Virus record (IMG/VR): IMGVR_UViG_3300035102_000435
Origin: a virus
DNA: 49,493 bases
Strand: one strand, 5' to 3'
In this document: positions 1-9,640 of the stretch, piece after piece
How positions within the stretch are numbered: the stretch's first letter is position 1
How the letters are laid out: each line of letters starts with the position of its first letter
The notes under the pieces: generated by a model
What the model saw: the letters and a program-made list of their open reading frames with translations, nothing else
Told to the model about the DNA's origin: nothing
The model's database searches: none
Translations under genes and position numbers: made by a program

Positions 1-127
1 AGTCAAAAGAGAAAAGAATTTTATCAGAAATATAAAGATCAGGAAGAAAGCGAAGGAAATTCAGGAGGTGGAGTACTTTGAAAAAATCAGAAATGGTTAA
101 AATGCTTAGTTTTCTTGACAATTATTA
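1..127. repeat. Terminal direct repeat, identical to 49367..49493 (circular or circularly permuted genome; likely assembly overlap)
   Basis: Read directly: the first 127 nt of the window match the last 127 nt exactly. Confidence 0.9.
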
Positions 128-650
128 TAATGCAAAATTTGAATACCCTAAATCAGATGATGATGAAACAGCAGCTCTAACAGAGACCTGGTTTCTATTC
201 TTGGCTGAATATGATTACAATGTAGCTTCTACAGCTTTGAAAAAGTTAGTTATAGATAAGCCAACCTGGCCACCGACTCCGGGAGAATTAGTAAAACAAA
301 TTCAAAAGATGCTGACTAAAAATGATCCGGTTATGAAGATCAGTGGACCGGAAGCCTGGGAAAAAGTTAGAAATGCTATCAGTAAACACAGTTGGTTTTA
401 TCACCCCGAAAAAGTAAAAGAAGTACTACCAGAACCAGTTTTGAAAGCTGCAGAAGTGACAGGTTTAAGTTTGATAGCAAATAACCCAGATAGTTTTACA
501 ATGAACCGTTTTATTAAGACTTATGAACAGATCAAAGAACACGAAAAAGAAAGAAAGTTACTACCGGGAAGTGTCAGAAAAGATATTGAAAGAATAGAAA
601 GAGCAGAAGTAAAACAACTTGCAGAGAGGATAAGTGATAATAATGAGTAA
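78..650 (+). CDS. Hypothetical replication-module protein (possible helicase-loader-like)
   Basis: 190-aa ORF; SD-like GGAGGTGG about 6 nt upstream of the TTG start, which overlaps the stop of the upstream initiator gene. Function guessed from position only. Confidence 0.45.
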   Translation: MKKSEMVKMLSFLDNYYNAKFEYPKSDDDETAALTETWFLFLAEYDYNVASTALKKLVIDKPTWPPTPGELVKQIQKMLTKNDPVMKISGPEAWEKVRNAISKHSWFYHPEKVKEVLPEPVLKAAEVTGLSLIANNPDSFTMNRFIKTYEQIKEHEKERKLLPGSVRKDIERIERAEVKQLAERISDNNE

Positions 651-1086
651 TGAAGTTTTCCCTAATTGGAAAGATGCTAATCAGGAATTAGAAAAATTAA
701 CAGAAGCAACATTTATTTATCCGGCCTTTTCCAAACCATCTGGCCAGATAGCAATTAACTTATTTTTTGTAGATGAAAAAGCTCTTGATGTAAAAATACC
801 TCAGGGGCAAAAGAAAAAATTCGAGAACATACTTGTAGCTTTAACTCAGAAAGTGATTCAAAAAGTCGGACTTAATGTAATAGGTATGGCCTATAGAAAT
901 CAGGAGTTAACAGGTAGTGTCAGAGAAATGATGGCCCGGGATGCAATTAGTAGATTCAAAAAATACTCTGAAGATCATGATTTGAAAGATTTTTTAGGCA
1001 GGAGACTTAGAAAAAGGTTAGGGCTCCCGGTTGAAGATGATGCAGAATACACTATCAGATTAGCCTGGGAGGATGAGGAAAAATGA
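634..1086 (+). CDS. Hypothetical protein
   Basis: 150-aa ORF in a co-directional early gene array, overlapping its neighbours by a few nt. Confidence 0.45.
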   Translation: MIIMSNEVFPNWKDANQELEKLTEATFIYPAFSKPSGQIAINLFFVDEKALDVKIPQGQKKKFENILVALTQKVIQKVGLNVIGMAYRNQELTGSVREMMARDAISRFKKYSEDHDLKDFLGRRLRKRLGLPVEDDAEYTIRLAWEDEEK

Positions 1087-1316
1087 AACCAATTATAGTA
1101 AATGGAAATATTGATACAGAAACCAAAGATGATATGGCCGACCTACTCAGAGACTTTAAGAATGACAACAAGGGCAAAAGAATTAAAATCGCAGGACCAT
1201 TTATTGAAACCGCACTAAGTGTTGCAAATTATGAGAATGTTGAAATTGAATTAAGTGAAAACTACAAAGAAATCAGATTGAATATTACTGATAAAGATGC
1301 CGAGGTCTCAGCTTAA
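1083..1316 (+). CDS. Hypothetical protein
   Basis: 77-aa ORF with stop-start overlap to the upstream gene. Confidence 0.4.
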   Translation: MKPIIVNGNIDTETKDDMADLLRDFKNDNKGKRIKIAGPFIETALSVANYENVEIELSENYKEIRLNITDKDAEVSA

Positions 1317-1728
1317 GGAGTTGGTAAAAGTGCCAGTTGTTAATACAAATGTAAAAGAAATAGGTTATGCTGCATTAGCTCTGGCCATAATTGAAGGATA
1401 TACACCAGAAGGAGCTCTGCAGGTAGTAGAAACAGGAGAAGAGCCAGTGACTAAGTTCAATGGAGACAATGATATTTTAGACATGATCATTTTAAAATTT
1501 ACTGAGGATATGACCTATAAAGAAATTGGTGAAGTTTATAATATCAGCGCAGATAATGCTTATAACAAGTTCAGAAGGTTAGCTGCTAAGAGAAAAACTG
1601 AAGACATGGTAAAACTTTATGATGCCGGACTTAATTTTAATCAGATAGCAAAAGTATTTAGGATGTCCCGGCAGGGAATCTGTTACAGATATAACAAAGC
1701 CAGGGGTGGAAACAATGAAGAGTCATGA
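1297..1728 (+). CDS. Hypothetical protein with C-terminal HTH-like segments
   Basis: 143-aa ORF; the C-terminal half has two helix-turn-helix-like stretches (MTYKEIGEVYNIS, FNQIAKVFRMSRQGI). Confidence 0.4.
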   Translation: MPRSQLKELVKVPVVNTNVKEIGYAALALAIIEGYTPEGALQVVETGEEPVTKFNGDNDILDMIILKFTEDMTYKEIGEVYNISADNAYNKFRRLAAKRKTEDMVKLYDAGLNFNQIAKVFRMSRQGICYRYNKARGGNNEES

Positions 1729-1894
1729 GGTTATTTTCAAGAAAGGCGGCCGGGTTAGAAAAGAAGTGATCAAAGCAAGAAACCGGTCAGCTGCAGTCGA
1801 AAAAATCAAAAAGAAACATAGGACCACTCATATTTTAAAAGTCAGAAAGCCAAAAGTAACTTTTGATGAGATATTAAATAAGTTGTTAGGGTGA
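1706..1894 (+). CDS. Hypothetical small basic protein
   Basis: 62-aa Lys/Arg-rich ORF. Confidence 0.35.
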   Translation: METMKSHEVIFKKGGRVRKEVIKARNRSAAVEKIKKKHRTTHILKVRKPKVTFDEILNKLLG

Positions 1895-2148
1895 TCAGGG
1901 TGAGCAAGAAAATTAAAGTAGGTGATACAGTTCAAAGAAAATATGCTTTCGGAACTGGAGATAAGATAATCGAAGGAGTAGTGCTGGAGAAAGATATTAA
2001 TAAGGTATCTGGAGAGAATTGGTTAATAATAGCGGTTAAAGGAAACTTGCAATATAAAATTCTTTCACCGGAGAAAAGATGCAAGAAAATAGATAAGAAA
2101 TATAAGCTGCATGAAAATGGGAAAATGAAACTTTTTGAGGAGGTTTAA
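1891..2148 (+). CDS. Hypothetical protein
   Basis: 85-aa ORF. Confidence 0.4.
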   Translation: MIRVSKKIKVGDTVQRKYAFGTGDKIIEGVVLEKDINKVSGENWLIIAVKGNLQYKILSPEKRCKKIDKKYKLHENGKMKLFEEV

Positions 2149-2150
2149 GG

Positions 2151-2312
2151 ATGAGCGACTATGTTTGGCTGCAGATTATAAAACATGCACTTCAACATTA
2201 TGTCCAAAGAGAAGGAGCAAGCGAAGAGGATTTAAAACAGGAACGTAAAGTAATGAGATATTACGAGGATAGAGTTGATAGCTTTAAGGCAAGACATAAA
2301 ATAGGGGGTTAA
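2151..2312 (+). CDS. Hypothetical small protein
   Basis: 53-aa ORF translated by hand; ATG preceded by GAGGAGG. Confidence 0.3.
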   Translation: MSDYVWLQIIKHALQHYVQREGASEEDLKQERKVMRYYEDRVDSFKARHKIGG

Positions 2313-2313
2313 A

Positions 2314-2487
2314 ATGGATTGCCCAAAATGTGAAAGTGAATTAGATTTTAGTGAGCCAGAAATGACATTGATAAGCGATGAGAATAATCAAGTAGTTGTC
2401 ATTACTTGCGAAGAATGTGGAGAAAGCTATGAGGCAATATATAGCATTGATGATGTTATAGATGAAAAAGGAAACAGTATATTTTAA
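2314..2487 (+). CDS. Hypothetical zinc-ribbon protein
   Basis: 57-aa ORF translated by hand, with two CxxC pairs (CPKC, CEEC). Confidence 0.35.
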   Translation: MDCPKCESELDFSEPEMTLISDENNQVVVITCEECGESYEAIYSIDDVIDEKGNSIF

Positions 2488-2497
2488 GGAGGTTAGT

Positions 2498-3094
2498 ATG
2501 AAAAATATTGAAAAAGAAATTAAAGAGAATTGGTTTAAAGAACATGTAGCCGAATATAAAGAACTAAATAACGAAATAAGTGTTTTAGACTGGAAAAAGC
2601 CTGACACTATATGTTTTGGAGTTAGATATGTATTTGATGGCAGATATTTATACATATCTGGAGATTTAGGAGAAGCAGTTTTTACATTAACCTGGAATGG
2701 CAACCCAAAAAGTTTTTTAGATATAAACCCTCATTATTTTCACGAAAAATTAACAGCTTATCGTGATGATAAATATGCTTTTGATAGCGGTGAAGCTAGA
2801 AAGAGATTAGAAGAAGAAATAATGATCTTAAAAGATGATTATGATCCAGATGAAATTGATAAAGCGCATCTTGAAATATTAGAAGAAATAAAGAATTTAA
2901 CAGGCAGCTGTTCAGCTAATAAAGAATGGGAATTTAAAATTGCATATGAAACTGATTTATTTGAAAGATTACAAACCCATGATATAGATTGTTGGGAATG
3001 GATATTCGGGGTTGGAGAAGTTATACCGATAAGAATTAGAGCTTATTTGATTGGTTTAAAAATAGCAGCTAAACAATTGGAGGGTCAATCATGA
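2498..3094 (+). CDS. Hypothetical protein
   Basis: ORF in track from 2462; ATG at 2498 is preceded by AAGGAGG. Confidence 0.5.
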   Translation: MKNIEKEIKENWFKEHVAEYKELNNEISVLDWKKPDTICFGVRYVFDGRYLYISGDLGEAVFTLTWNGNPKSFLDINPHYFHEKLTAYRDDKYAFDSGEARKRLEEEIMILKDDYDPDEIDKAHLEILEEIKNLTGSCSANKEWEFKIAYETDLFERLQTHDIDCWEWIFGVGEVIPIRIRAYLIGLKIAAKQLEGQS

Positions 3095-3187
3095 ATTTAA
3101 AAGAAAAGTTAATGGAAGCTCATCCGCAGTTAAGCGAATCGAAGATTGACCAAATTATTGAGGAGTCTGAGAAAAAGGTGGAAAATT

Positions 3188-3397
3188 ATGAAAAAGAAAA
3201 AGCAGAATAGATTCATCTATAGAATTCATTACAGAACTGCAAATGGAAGTGGCGGGTGGAAAAGGATAATAACCAGAGATAGAATGACTGTCGCGAGAAG
3301 AGACCAGCTAGAAAAAGAATTGATGGATAAATATGAATTTTTAAGAAAGCAAAAAATATTAATAACTAAAGTGGAATGGGTTAATAAGATAGGGTAA
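3188..3397 (+). CDS. Hypothetical small basic protein
   Basis: ORF in track from 3146; ATG at 3188 is preceded by AAGGTGG. Confidence 0.4.
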   Translation: MKKKKQNRFIYRIHYRTANGSGGWKRIITRDRMTVARRDQLEKELMDKYEFLRKQKILITKVEWVNKIG

Positions 3398-3412
3398 AGA
3401 GGTGGTATAAAA

Positions 3413-3748
3413 ATGGATTTAACAGTATTTTACGAGCTGCTTAATGATATAGAACAGAATCCAGAAGCTAAAACAATAATAATGCCATTAGATATTTGGT
3501 TTAATTTTAAAGGCACAGAGATATTTATGAATTATGGTCGGTTCATATCTGCTGAAGACGGACATATAAGATATTTTGAAGATGGCCCAAAAGATAAAGT
3601 GGAGCTTTTTGATTTAGAGATCATTAGAGTTTCTCCGCATATGATGGAAAGTGATTATCTATTAACAGAGAAAGCGATTACTAAAACCGGCACTGAAAAG
3701 ATCATTGAACTAGAAAAAATAATAGAAGAAGCTGAAGGAGGTAAATAA
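3413..3748 (+). CDS. Hypothetical protein
   Basis: 111-aa ORF. Confidence 0.45.
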   Translation: MDLTVFYELLNDIEQNPEAKTIIMPLDIWFNFKGTEIFMNYGRFISAEDGHIRYFEDGPKDKVELFDLEIIRVSPHMMESDYLLTEKAITKTGTEKIIELEKIIEEAEGGK

Positions 3749-4084
3749 GTGGAAGATAAACTTAAAGGACCCTGGGAGTTTATAGAGTATGAAAATTCAA
3801 TGTTTACAATTTTAGAAGTTAAAGACAAAAACAATAATAAGATGATCGCAAATTTTGTTGCTAATGATGAAGATTATCAATATAAGAAAAGGCTGGCCCT
3901 GGCTATTTCTCAAATACCTGATTTGTTAAAGTTATTTGAGACCATCAAAATAGAAGTTAAGCTAAAAGAACAGAAAGAAAATAACTCTGATGATCAGAAC
4001 ATAATGATTAATTATTTGATTAAAGAGAACTCAGAGGAGCTGGCCCGGATTATTCAAGAAATAGAAGTGGATCTAAATGGATAG
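3749..4084 (+). CDS. Hypothetical protein
   Basis: 111-aa ORF; GTG start directly after the upstream stop. Confidence 0.45.
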   Translation: MEDKLKGPWEFIEYENSMFTILEVKDKNNNKMIANFVANDEDYQYKKRLALAISQIPDLLKLFETIKIEVKLKEQKENNSDDQNIMINYLIKENSEELARIIQEIEVDLNG

Positions 4085-4158
4085 CACATATTTGTTCTGG
4101 TTTATATTTATTTGGTGCTTAATAACAATGGCCAGAGCAAGAAAATAGGGAGGAATAG

Positions 4159-4599
4159 ATGAATTTAGGAAATATATTATTTGCAATTGGTGGAGTAGTT
4201 TTCGGAACCATAGTTACAGCTATAAAATTGCATAAAGAAAATTATGAGCAGCAGAAAATGATCAATAAATTAAATGAAAAATTAGTTTTTGAAAAAACCT
4301 CAAAGAAACTTTTTATGAAAATGTATGAAGAACAAGTGAGAAAAAACGTAAATGATAAATACGCTAGAGACTGCGACCCACCTGAGGAAGAATTCAAAAA
4401 GATTGAGTTTGACAACGAACCAATATTTCCTGGACTGGGAAGGAATTATTTTGTACCTGGTGGACGAAATAAAAATTATTGCGGTATGAGAAAGCCTTTT
4501 GAGTGGACAAAAACTTATTATAACCCGTGTTACTTGCCATATTCAGCCAGAAAAGAATTAGAAAATAATAAAGAGGTGAAAAACAATGATGAGATATAG
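4159..4599 (+). CDS. Hypothetical membrane-anchored protein
   Basis: 146-aa ORF with a hydrophobic N-terminal helix; RBS GGGAGG upstream. Confidence 0.45.
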   Translation: MNLGNILFAIGGVVFGTIVTAIKLHKENYEQQKMINKLNEKLVFEKTSKKLFMKMYEEQVRKNVNDKYARDCDPPEEEFKKIEFDNEPIFPGLGRNYFVPGGRNKNYCGMRKPFEWTKTYYNPCYLPYSARKELENNKEVKNNDEI

Positions 4600-5089
4600 A
4601 ACTGATTGCGGAATGGAATTTAACTCGACAGAGCATACATGCAAAAAGAATGTTAATTTAGAAAGAAAATTAATCGAAGGTAACCGGCCCAAAAATATAA
4701 AAGTTGAATTCGGCATGAATGAAAAATGCAAAGAATGTGCAGCAGTTAAAGAAAAAATTGATAAGCTGTTGAATACTGAAGATGGAACAACTTTCAAAAT
4801 TAAAGTTAAGTACTGTGAAGCTAGATCAATAACCCCTGAAGAAAGATACTGGCTGCTGTTGGATAGTTTGAGAGAAACTATTTCGGTATCAGTTAATGAT
4901 TATGAAACCAGAGAAGGTTCATTCGAGCGTTTGGACGAATTGCACAGGATTAATAATAAACTCTTGAAAGCAGCAAAGTTGTCAAAAGATTTACTTTTAA
5001 AATTAGAAGCTAATCCAGATGTTTGCGGGATAATGGATACAGTTGAGTATTTAGGGGGAGCAATCAGAGATGCGGAAGGTGAAAAATAA
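4586..5089 (+). CDS. Hypothetical protein (Cys-rich N-terminus)
   Basis: 167-aa ORF. Confidence 0.45.
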   Translation: MMRYRTDCGMEFNSTEHTCKKNVNLERKLIEGNRPKNIKVEFGMNEKCKECAAVKEKIDKLLNTEDGTTFKIKVKYCEARSITPEERYWLLLDSLRETISVSVNDYETREGSFERLDELHRINNKLLKAAKLSKDLLLKLEANPDVCGIMDTVEYLGGAIRDAEGEK

Positions 5090-5184
5090 TGACTTGTTTA
5101 AAATGTGGAAAAGTCATTGTTACAGATACTTATCAGCCAGAATTTGGAGTCTGCGATAATTGCATAAAAAAGAAAGGTGATTAG

Positions 5185-5391
5185 ATGCTTTTAACTGTTA
5201 TAGTAACATATTTGGTGTTGGGTGTGCTGATAACTATGACTCTGGGAGACGTTTTTAGTTCAGTTTATGTAGATTGGCAAACACTTTGGTTTGATGTATT
5301 ATTATTTATTTTTTCTGTAATTACTTCTCCTTTATTGAGTTTGATATTTATTATTCAGGGAGTAGTTGAAAAATTAAAAGGGAGGTTATGA
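5185..5391 (+). CDS. Hypothetical small membrane protein
   Basis: 68-aa ORF with two hydrophobic helices. Confidence 0.4.
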   Translation: MLLTVIVTYLVLGVLITMTLGDVFSSVYVDWQTLWFDVLLFIFSVITSPLLSLIFIIQGVVEKLKGRL

Positions 5392-5687
5392 TCATGGGAG
5401 ATGTACAAAATTATGCAATAGATGAAAGAAGAATAGTTGGTCTTAATGAAAAAGAAATGCACGAAATGGAAATATCAAGAGCGGAGTCGGATGTATATGA
5501 ACATATGCAAAAGCAAATTAATGAAGTAAAAGAAAAGTTAAACAAAGAACAAACTCTAAATAAAAAATTAATCAATATTAGTGAAGAAATAATAGAAGAA
5601 TTCATCAAAAATCAAGGTGTTATAACTGCTGATAAGATCATCAGCTTGAGAGATATTATTGCAGATGAAAAGGGGGGCAAGTTATGA
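5388..5687 (+). CDS. Hypothetical protein
   Basis: 99-aa ORF. Confidence 0.4.
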   Translation: MIMGDVQNYAIDERRIVGLNEKEMHEMEISRAESDVYEHMQKQINEVKEKLNKEQTLNKKLINISEEIIEEFIKNQGVITADKIISLRDIIADEKGGKL

Positions 5688-6241
5688 ATATTAAAAATTG
5701 TAAATCAGGATTAGTCGTAAAATCTAAAGAAGAAACTGTAAGCGGTGAATACTCTATATCTAAAGGCGAAGAATTAACAATAAAAAATGTTTTTAATGCT
5801 GAAAATAGTTTCGCTAACCATATAACTTTTGAAGAAATAGGTGGTAGTTATTACCCTGATTATTTTGAATTAACTCATAAATTTGATGTTGGTGATCCTG
5901 TTATTTATCATTCTAAAAACGGAGATAATTATCAATCCGAAATATGGGCGATAGATAAAAGTGGTGATTATTTAAATCGAAGATATGCCATAAAATATAA
6001 ACACTCCACAGGAGATATTATTAATACAGTTGCTGCAGAAAAGGATTTATCACTATTAAAAAAACCGAGCGAGTTAGAACCAGGAGATAAATTTATTCCT
6101 GATTGCGGAAATGTTTCTTTAGTAATAATTTTAGCAAGTGCGAAATATAAAAACAAAAACTATTATTTATGTAATGTAATTGGTGAAGATTGGATTTATA
6201 CCTGGAGCGAAGATTGTGTAAAGGCTGTAATATATGATTAA
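5684..6241 (+). CDS. Hypothetical protein
   Basis: 185-aa ORF. Confidence 0.45.
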   Translation: MNIKNCKSGLVVKSKEETVSGEYSISKGEELTIKNVFNAENSFANHITFEEIGGSYYPDYFELTHKFDVGDPVIYHSKNGDNYQSEIWAIDKSGDYLNRRYAIKYKHSTGDIINTVAAEKDLSLLKKPSELEPGDKFIPDCGNVSLVIILASAKYKNKNYYLCNVIGEDWIYTWSEDCVKAVIYD

Positions 6242-6446
6242 AAATACTATAGTTCAATGCAAAATATATGATGATCCAGAGTTAGGACCAGATACTATAG
6301 ATATTTGGGAAGGAGTCAGAAAAAAGGAAGGAGAAGACGCTGATAAAAAATTTAATATAACAGACTTTAATATTTTATCTTATACCGAACAAAAAAACAG
6401 AGTTTTAATACGTGTTACTTTAGAAGAAAAAGGAGCTGATGAATGA
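6234..6446 (+). CDS. Hypothetical protein
   Basis: 70-aa ORF. Confidence 0.4.
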   Translation: MIKNTIVQCKIYDDPELGPDTIDIWEGVRKKEGEDADKKFNITDFNILSYTEQKNRVLIRVTLEEKGADE

Positions 6447-6754
6447 TGCCTAAATTTAAAAATCGAATTCATAATCACCCTATGATGGAAAAGAAATTAG
6501 GGTTAGATGATGATCATGTAATTATTGATAGAGAACTTTTTGAAGAATTAAAATATAAGCAGTATGGAAATTGTGACTATATAAATGTAAAGGAGAGTGA
6601 ATAATGAAGAAAATTAAATTTGGATATAGTGCAAGTGCAAAAGAAAAAGAGGAAATATTAGACCTTCCTGATGGTACAACTTCTGAAGAAATAGAAGAAT
6701 TGTACATTGACTGGTTAAGCGAAAAAACAGGCGGCTATTGGGAGGAAGCTGAGG

Positions 6755-6991
6755 ATGAAAATGAGAACTAAAGTTGTGGATATAAAAGCAATGGTTAGGC
6801 ATTTAAACAGTGGATGGCTTAATGATACCGATCAAGAACTTTTTGATTTGCTAATAACCTGGGCTAGTAAAGGGTATAGAAAAGTAAATATAGATGAAAT
6901 AGCAGACGTTCTAGGTTGGCATAAAAACAAAGTAAAATATAGATTAAATAAATTAAGAGATAGAGGTGTATTAACATGCTCAACAGAATAG
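6755..6991 (+). CDS. Hypothetical protein (possible winged-helix DNA-binding)
   Basis: 78-aa ORF immediately upstream of ssb. Confidence 0.4.
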   Translation: MKMRTKVVDIKAMVRHLNSGWLNDTDQELFDLLITWASKGYRKVNIDEIADVLGWHKNKVKYRLNKLRDRGVLTCSTE

Positions 6992-7497
6992 TACTTATCG
7001 GCCGGTTGACACGAGATCCAGAACTTAGATACACCAGTAACGGAACACCGGTTTGTAACTTCACACTGGCCGTAGAAAGAAATTATACCAATCGAAATGG
7101 TGATCGTGATGTTGATTTTATCAGTATTGTCACCTGGAGGGGTTTGGCTGAAAACTGCGCCCGTCATCTTGGAAAAGGTAGACTCGTGGGAGTGGATGGC
7201 CAGCTGCATATTAGAAAAAGCGAAAATAACAATAGAACTTATATTAATCCTGAGGTTAATGCAGATAATGTCCGATTTTTGGACTTTGCAAACAACAATA
7301 ATCAGAGAAATAATTCACAAAATAATAACCGGCAGCAGAATTCTAAAAATAATAGTCAGAAAAGCAAAAAGCAACAGCCACAGAATAATCAAAATAATCA
7401 GAGTCAGCAACAATCTCAAAACCAGCAGCAAAATTATAATCAAAATCAAGGTGGAAACGGAAATTTTGACCCCGATGACTTCGATGTTCCCTTTTAG
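6976..7497 (+). CDS. ssb: Single-stranded DNA-binding protein with Q/N-rich linker
   Basis: N-terminal OB-fold sequence typical of bacterial and phage SSB (LIGRLTRDPELRYT...); acidic C-terminal tip DDFDVPF; long Q/N-rich linker. Confidence 0.85.
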   Translation: MLNRIVLIGRLTRDPELRYTSNGTPVCNFTLAVERNYTNRNGDRDVDFISIVTWRGLAENCARHLGKGRLVGVDGQLHIRKSENNNRTYINPEVNADNVRFLDFANNNNQRNNSQNNNRQQNSKNNSQKSKKQQPQNNQNNQSQQQSQNQQQNYNQNQGGNGNFDPDDFDVPF

Positions 7498-7535
7498 GCG
7501 CGGCGTTTATTAGTAAAAAATAGAAAGGAGATAAG

Positions 7536-8045
7536 ATGGGATATATAAGCAGAGAAGATCAGAAAATAGCAGAAGTATTAAGTCATTTTCAATTATATTT
7601 AAATGACAAAATTGATAAGTACAAAGAAGTTGATGCAGTAGAAAAGTCACCTAAGTTTATGCGCTCTATTAAGATGGCCCGGACCTATGCCGGCAAAGTA
7701 AAAGATATGCTTATTGAAGATGCAGCCAAAGAGCAAAAAGAAAATATTATTCAGAAAGTCAAGGAGACAAAACTTTCTTTAGATTATACCAGGGTGGCCA
7801 AAAAGAAAAAGAGAAAGATGAGGAAAGAGGACGATGTCACTGCAGTAGAGACTGATGATCTTTATGACATCATTGACAAAACTGTAAAAGTTCATTGTCT
7901 CGAATGCATTAAATCAAAAGATGAGATTGATAAATGCAAATTAAGAAAGCATTTATTAAAATATGACATTCCAGTAATACATGATGATCCAGAGCATAGC
8001 AGTTGCCCTTATAAAGTACTGCCGGACATGGTGCAAAATGAATGA
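7536..8045 (+). CDS. Hypothetical protein
   Basis: 169-aa ORF. Confidence 0.45.
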   Translation: MGYISREDQKIAEVLSHFQLYLNDKIDKYKEVDAVEKSPKFMRSIKMARTYAGKVKDMLIEDAAKEQKENIIQKVKETKLSLDYTRVAKKKKRKMRKEDDVTAVETDDLYDIIDKTVKVHCLECIKSKDEIDKCKLRKHLLKYDIPVIHDDPEHSSCPYKVLPDMVQNE

Positions 8046-8304
8046 TTACTATATTTGCGATATTGAAGGCTGCGGGGAACAGATCAGGAATGGCCGGTTT
8101 TGTCACTATCATAGCTCAATAACCGACCGGCCATGCGCTTGGTATTACCATAATGATTTGGGTACAGCTGCAGTGGAATGGTGCGGGAAGAAAAACAAAA
8201 GATTTATTGAAGTTAGCTGCAAAGGATGCGAGGATCACATAAAACCAGAGAACGGAATTGAAATCATTGAGAAGTTGACCGGACTTAATGGAGGTGGAAA
8301 ATGA
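8038..8304 (+). CDS. Hypothetical Cys/His-rich (zinc-binding) protein
   Basis: ORF in track from 7981; in-frame ATG at 8038; multiple Cys and His clusters. Confidence 0.4.
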   Translation: MNDYYICDIEGCGEQIRNGRFCHYHSSITDRPCAWYYHNDLGTAAVEWCGKKNKRFIEVSCKGCEDHIKPENGIEIIEKLTGLNGGGK

Positions 8305-8672
8305 ACATCAACAAAGAAATTGAAAAAATAATGAAAGATGATGATCAACCATTTATTCAGGTAAGAAGAAGATATACGGATAATGGTAAAAATAGAGGTT
8401 GGCATCTTGACAATAGATTGTCATTGAAAGCTCACGGTTTGATGGCTTGGTTGTGGTACGCAGTTGAAAGAACAGATGATTTGAAATTAAAATATTTAGC
8501 TTTAAAATTTGAGACCAAAGAAGAAGATATAAAAAAGTCAATAGATGAATTAATAGAAAAAGGTTATCTTCAAATTTCAAAAGTCCCAAATCCTAAGAAA
8601 GTATATCGGTTTGATATATTCAGAAATAAGTACAGAACAAGCAGCAGATACACTTCAAAAGATTTACTTTAG
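8301..8672 (+). CDS. Hypothetical protein (possible winged-helix)
   Basis: 123-aa ORF. Confidence 0.45.
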   Translation: MNINKEIEKIMKDDDQPFIQVRRRYTDNGKNRGWHLDNRLSLKAHGLMAWLWYAVERTDDLKLKYLALKFETKEEDIKKSIDELIEKGYLQISKVPNPKKVYRFDIFRNKYRTSSRYTSKDLL

Positions 8673-8674
8673 GA

Positions 8675-9052
8675 GTGAGCCAAATGGGAAATTTAAAATT
8701 AAAAAGAAATAGTGGGAAGATTACTTTTAAAAAATCAGAGGATAATAAAAATAGTGCAATGATTGCCGGCTGGATATCAGCTAAAAGGACCGGAATCTGG
8801 CTTAATCATATTAGAGGATTAGAAAATAGGTTTTTCGATATTGAAGAAAGACCAGAAATCAATGAAAATCACATTACTCTTTATGAGTCTGGCCAGATAA
8901 TTGGATGGATAGAAAAAGATTATAAAAAAGAAATTGAGGACATACTCTGGAAGCATCTAAAGCATTATACTCATAAACCGGCAGAAGAAAAAGAAGTTAA
9001 AAAAGAGATTAAAGAGGAGCCGGCAGAGTTTGGCCAACTGGCATTATTTTAA
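8675..9052 (+). CDS. Hypothetical protein
   Basis: 125-aa ORF. Confidence 0.45.
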   Translation: MSQMGNLKLKRNSGKITFKKSEDNKNSAMIAGWISAKRTGIWLNHIRGLENRFFDIEERPEINENHITLYESGQIIGWIEKDYKKEIEDILWKHLKHYTHKPAEEKEVKKEIKEEPAEFGQLALF

Positions 9053-9069
9053 TAGACAGGAGTGGAAAA

Positions 9070-9639
9070 ATGATTTTATCAGATCAAGAAATTATGAGAG
9101 CTCATACAGAACACAATATAATAAGTGATTTTAACCCGGACCAGGTGGAGCCGGCATCATACGACCTGAGGTTAGCAGACAAGATATTGCTGGAAAGAAA
9201 TTATTCAAGACCAATAGGAATGAATGAAGAGGTTGAATATATTCCGACATCAATCAATGACCGGCCACTTAATCCACAAGAATTTGTTTTAGGCAGCACA
9301 GAGGAATACATCTCATTGCCGGACAATCTGGCTGCATTTGTTACCGGCAAGTCTACAATCGGTAGAAAAGCAATAGAAGTTCATCAGACAGCTGCATGGA
9401 TTGATCCGGGGTTTCAGGGCAACATCACTTTAGAGATTATTAATAATTCTTCTAACAAAAGAAAACTTAAGGCCGGAGAGTTAATTGCTCAGATAGTCTT
9501 TTTTAAAGTGTCCGGCACAGTATTGGAACCTTACGATGGTAAATATCAAAATTCAGATGGTGTAATTGGCAGCTTGATAAATCAAAAAACTGAAATTAAA
9601 CCGCTCTTTATCGGTGGCCCGGGCCAGAAAGGAAATTAA
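9070..9639 (+). CDS. dcd: dCTP deaminase (dUTPase-fold family)
   Basis: 189 aa; motifs GKSTIGR and HQTAAWIDPGFQGNITLE match the dCTP deaminase family and align with E. coli Dcd over the full length, from memory. Confidence 0.75.
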   Translation: MILSDQEIMRAHTEHNIISDFNPDQVEPASYDLRLADKILLERNYSRPIGMNEEVEYIPTSINDRPLNPQEFVLGSTEEYISLPDNLAAFVTGKSTIGRKAIEVHQTAAWIDPGFQGNITLEIINNSSNKRKLKAGELIAQIVFFKVSGTVLEPYDGKYQNSDGVIGSLINQKTEIKPLFIGGPGQKGN

Positions 9640-9640
9640 A

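Noticed and set aside
1-127. Terminal repeat as a biological long terminal repeat or att site
   Set aside because: The repeat is exact, lies inside a protein-coding region that reads through the junction, and is the size assemblers leave on circular contigs; assembly overlap is the simpler explanation.
2341-2703. Minus-strand ORFs from the six-frame track (for example 2341..2703, 4394..4797, 5411..5608, 6522..7209, 11572..11778, 13059..13322, 21018..21227, 46022..46347, 47871..48207)
   Set aside because: They lie antisense to, and overlap, well-supported + strand genes; their translations are low-complexity and hydrophobic, typical of AT-rich antisense frames, and none has an RBS or gene-like context.
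7097-7513. 138-aa alternate-frame ORF inside ssb
   Set aside because: It is a by-product of the Q/N-rich codon repeats in the SSB linker read in another frame; the SSB frame has the conserved OB fold and acidic tip.
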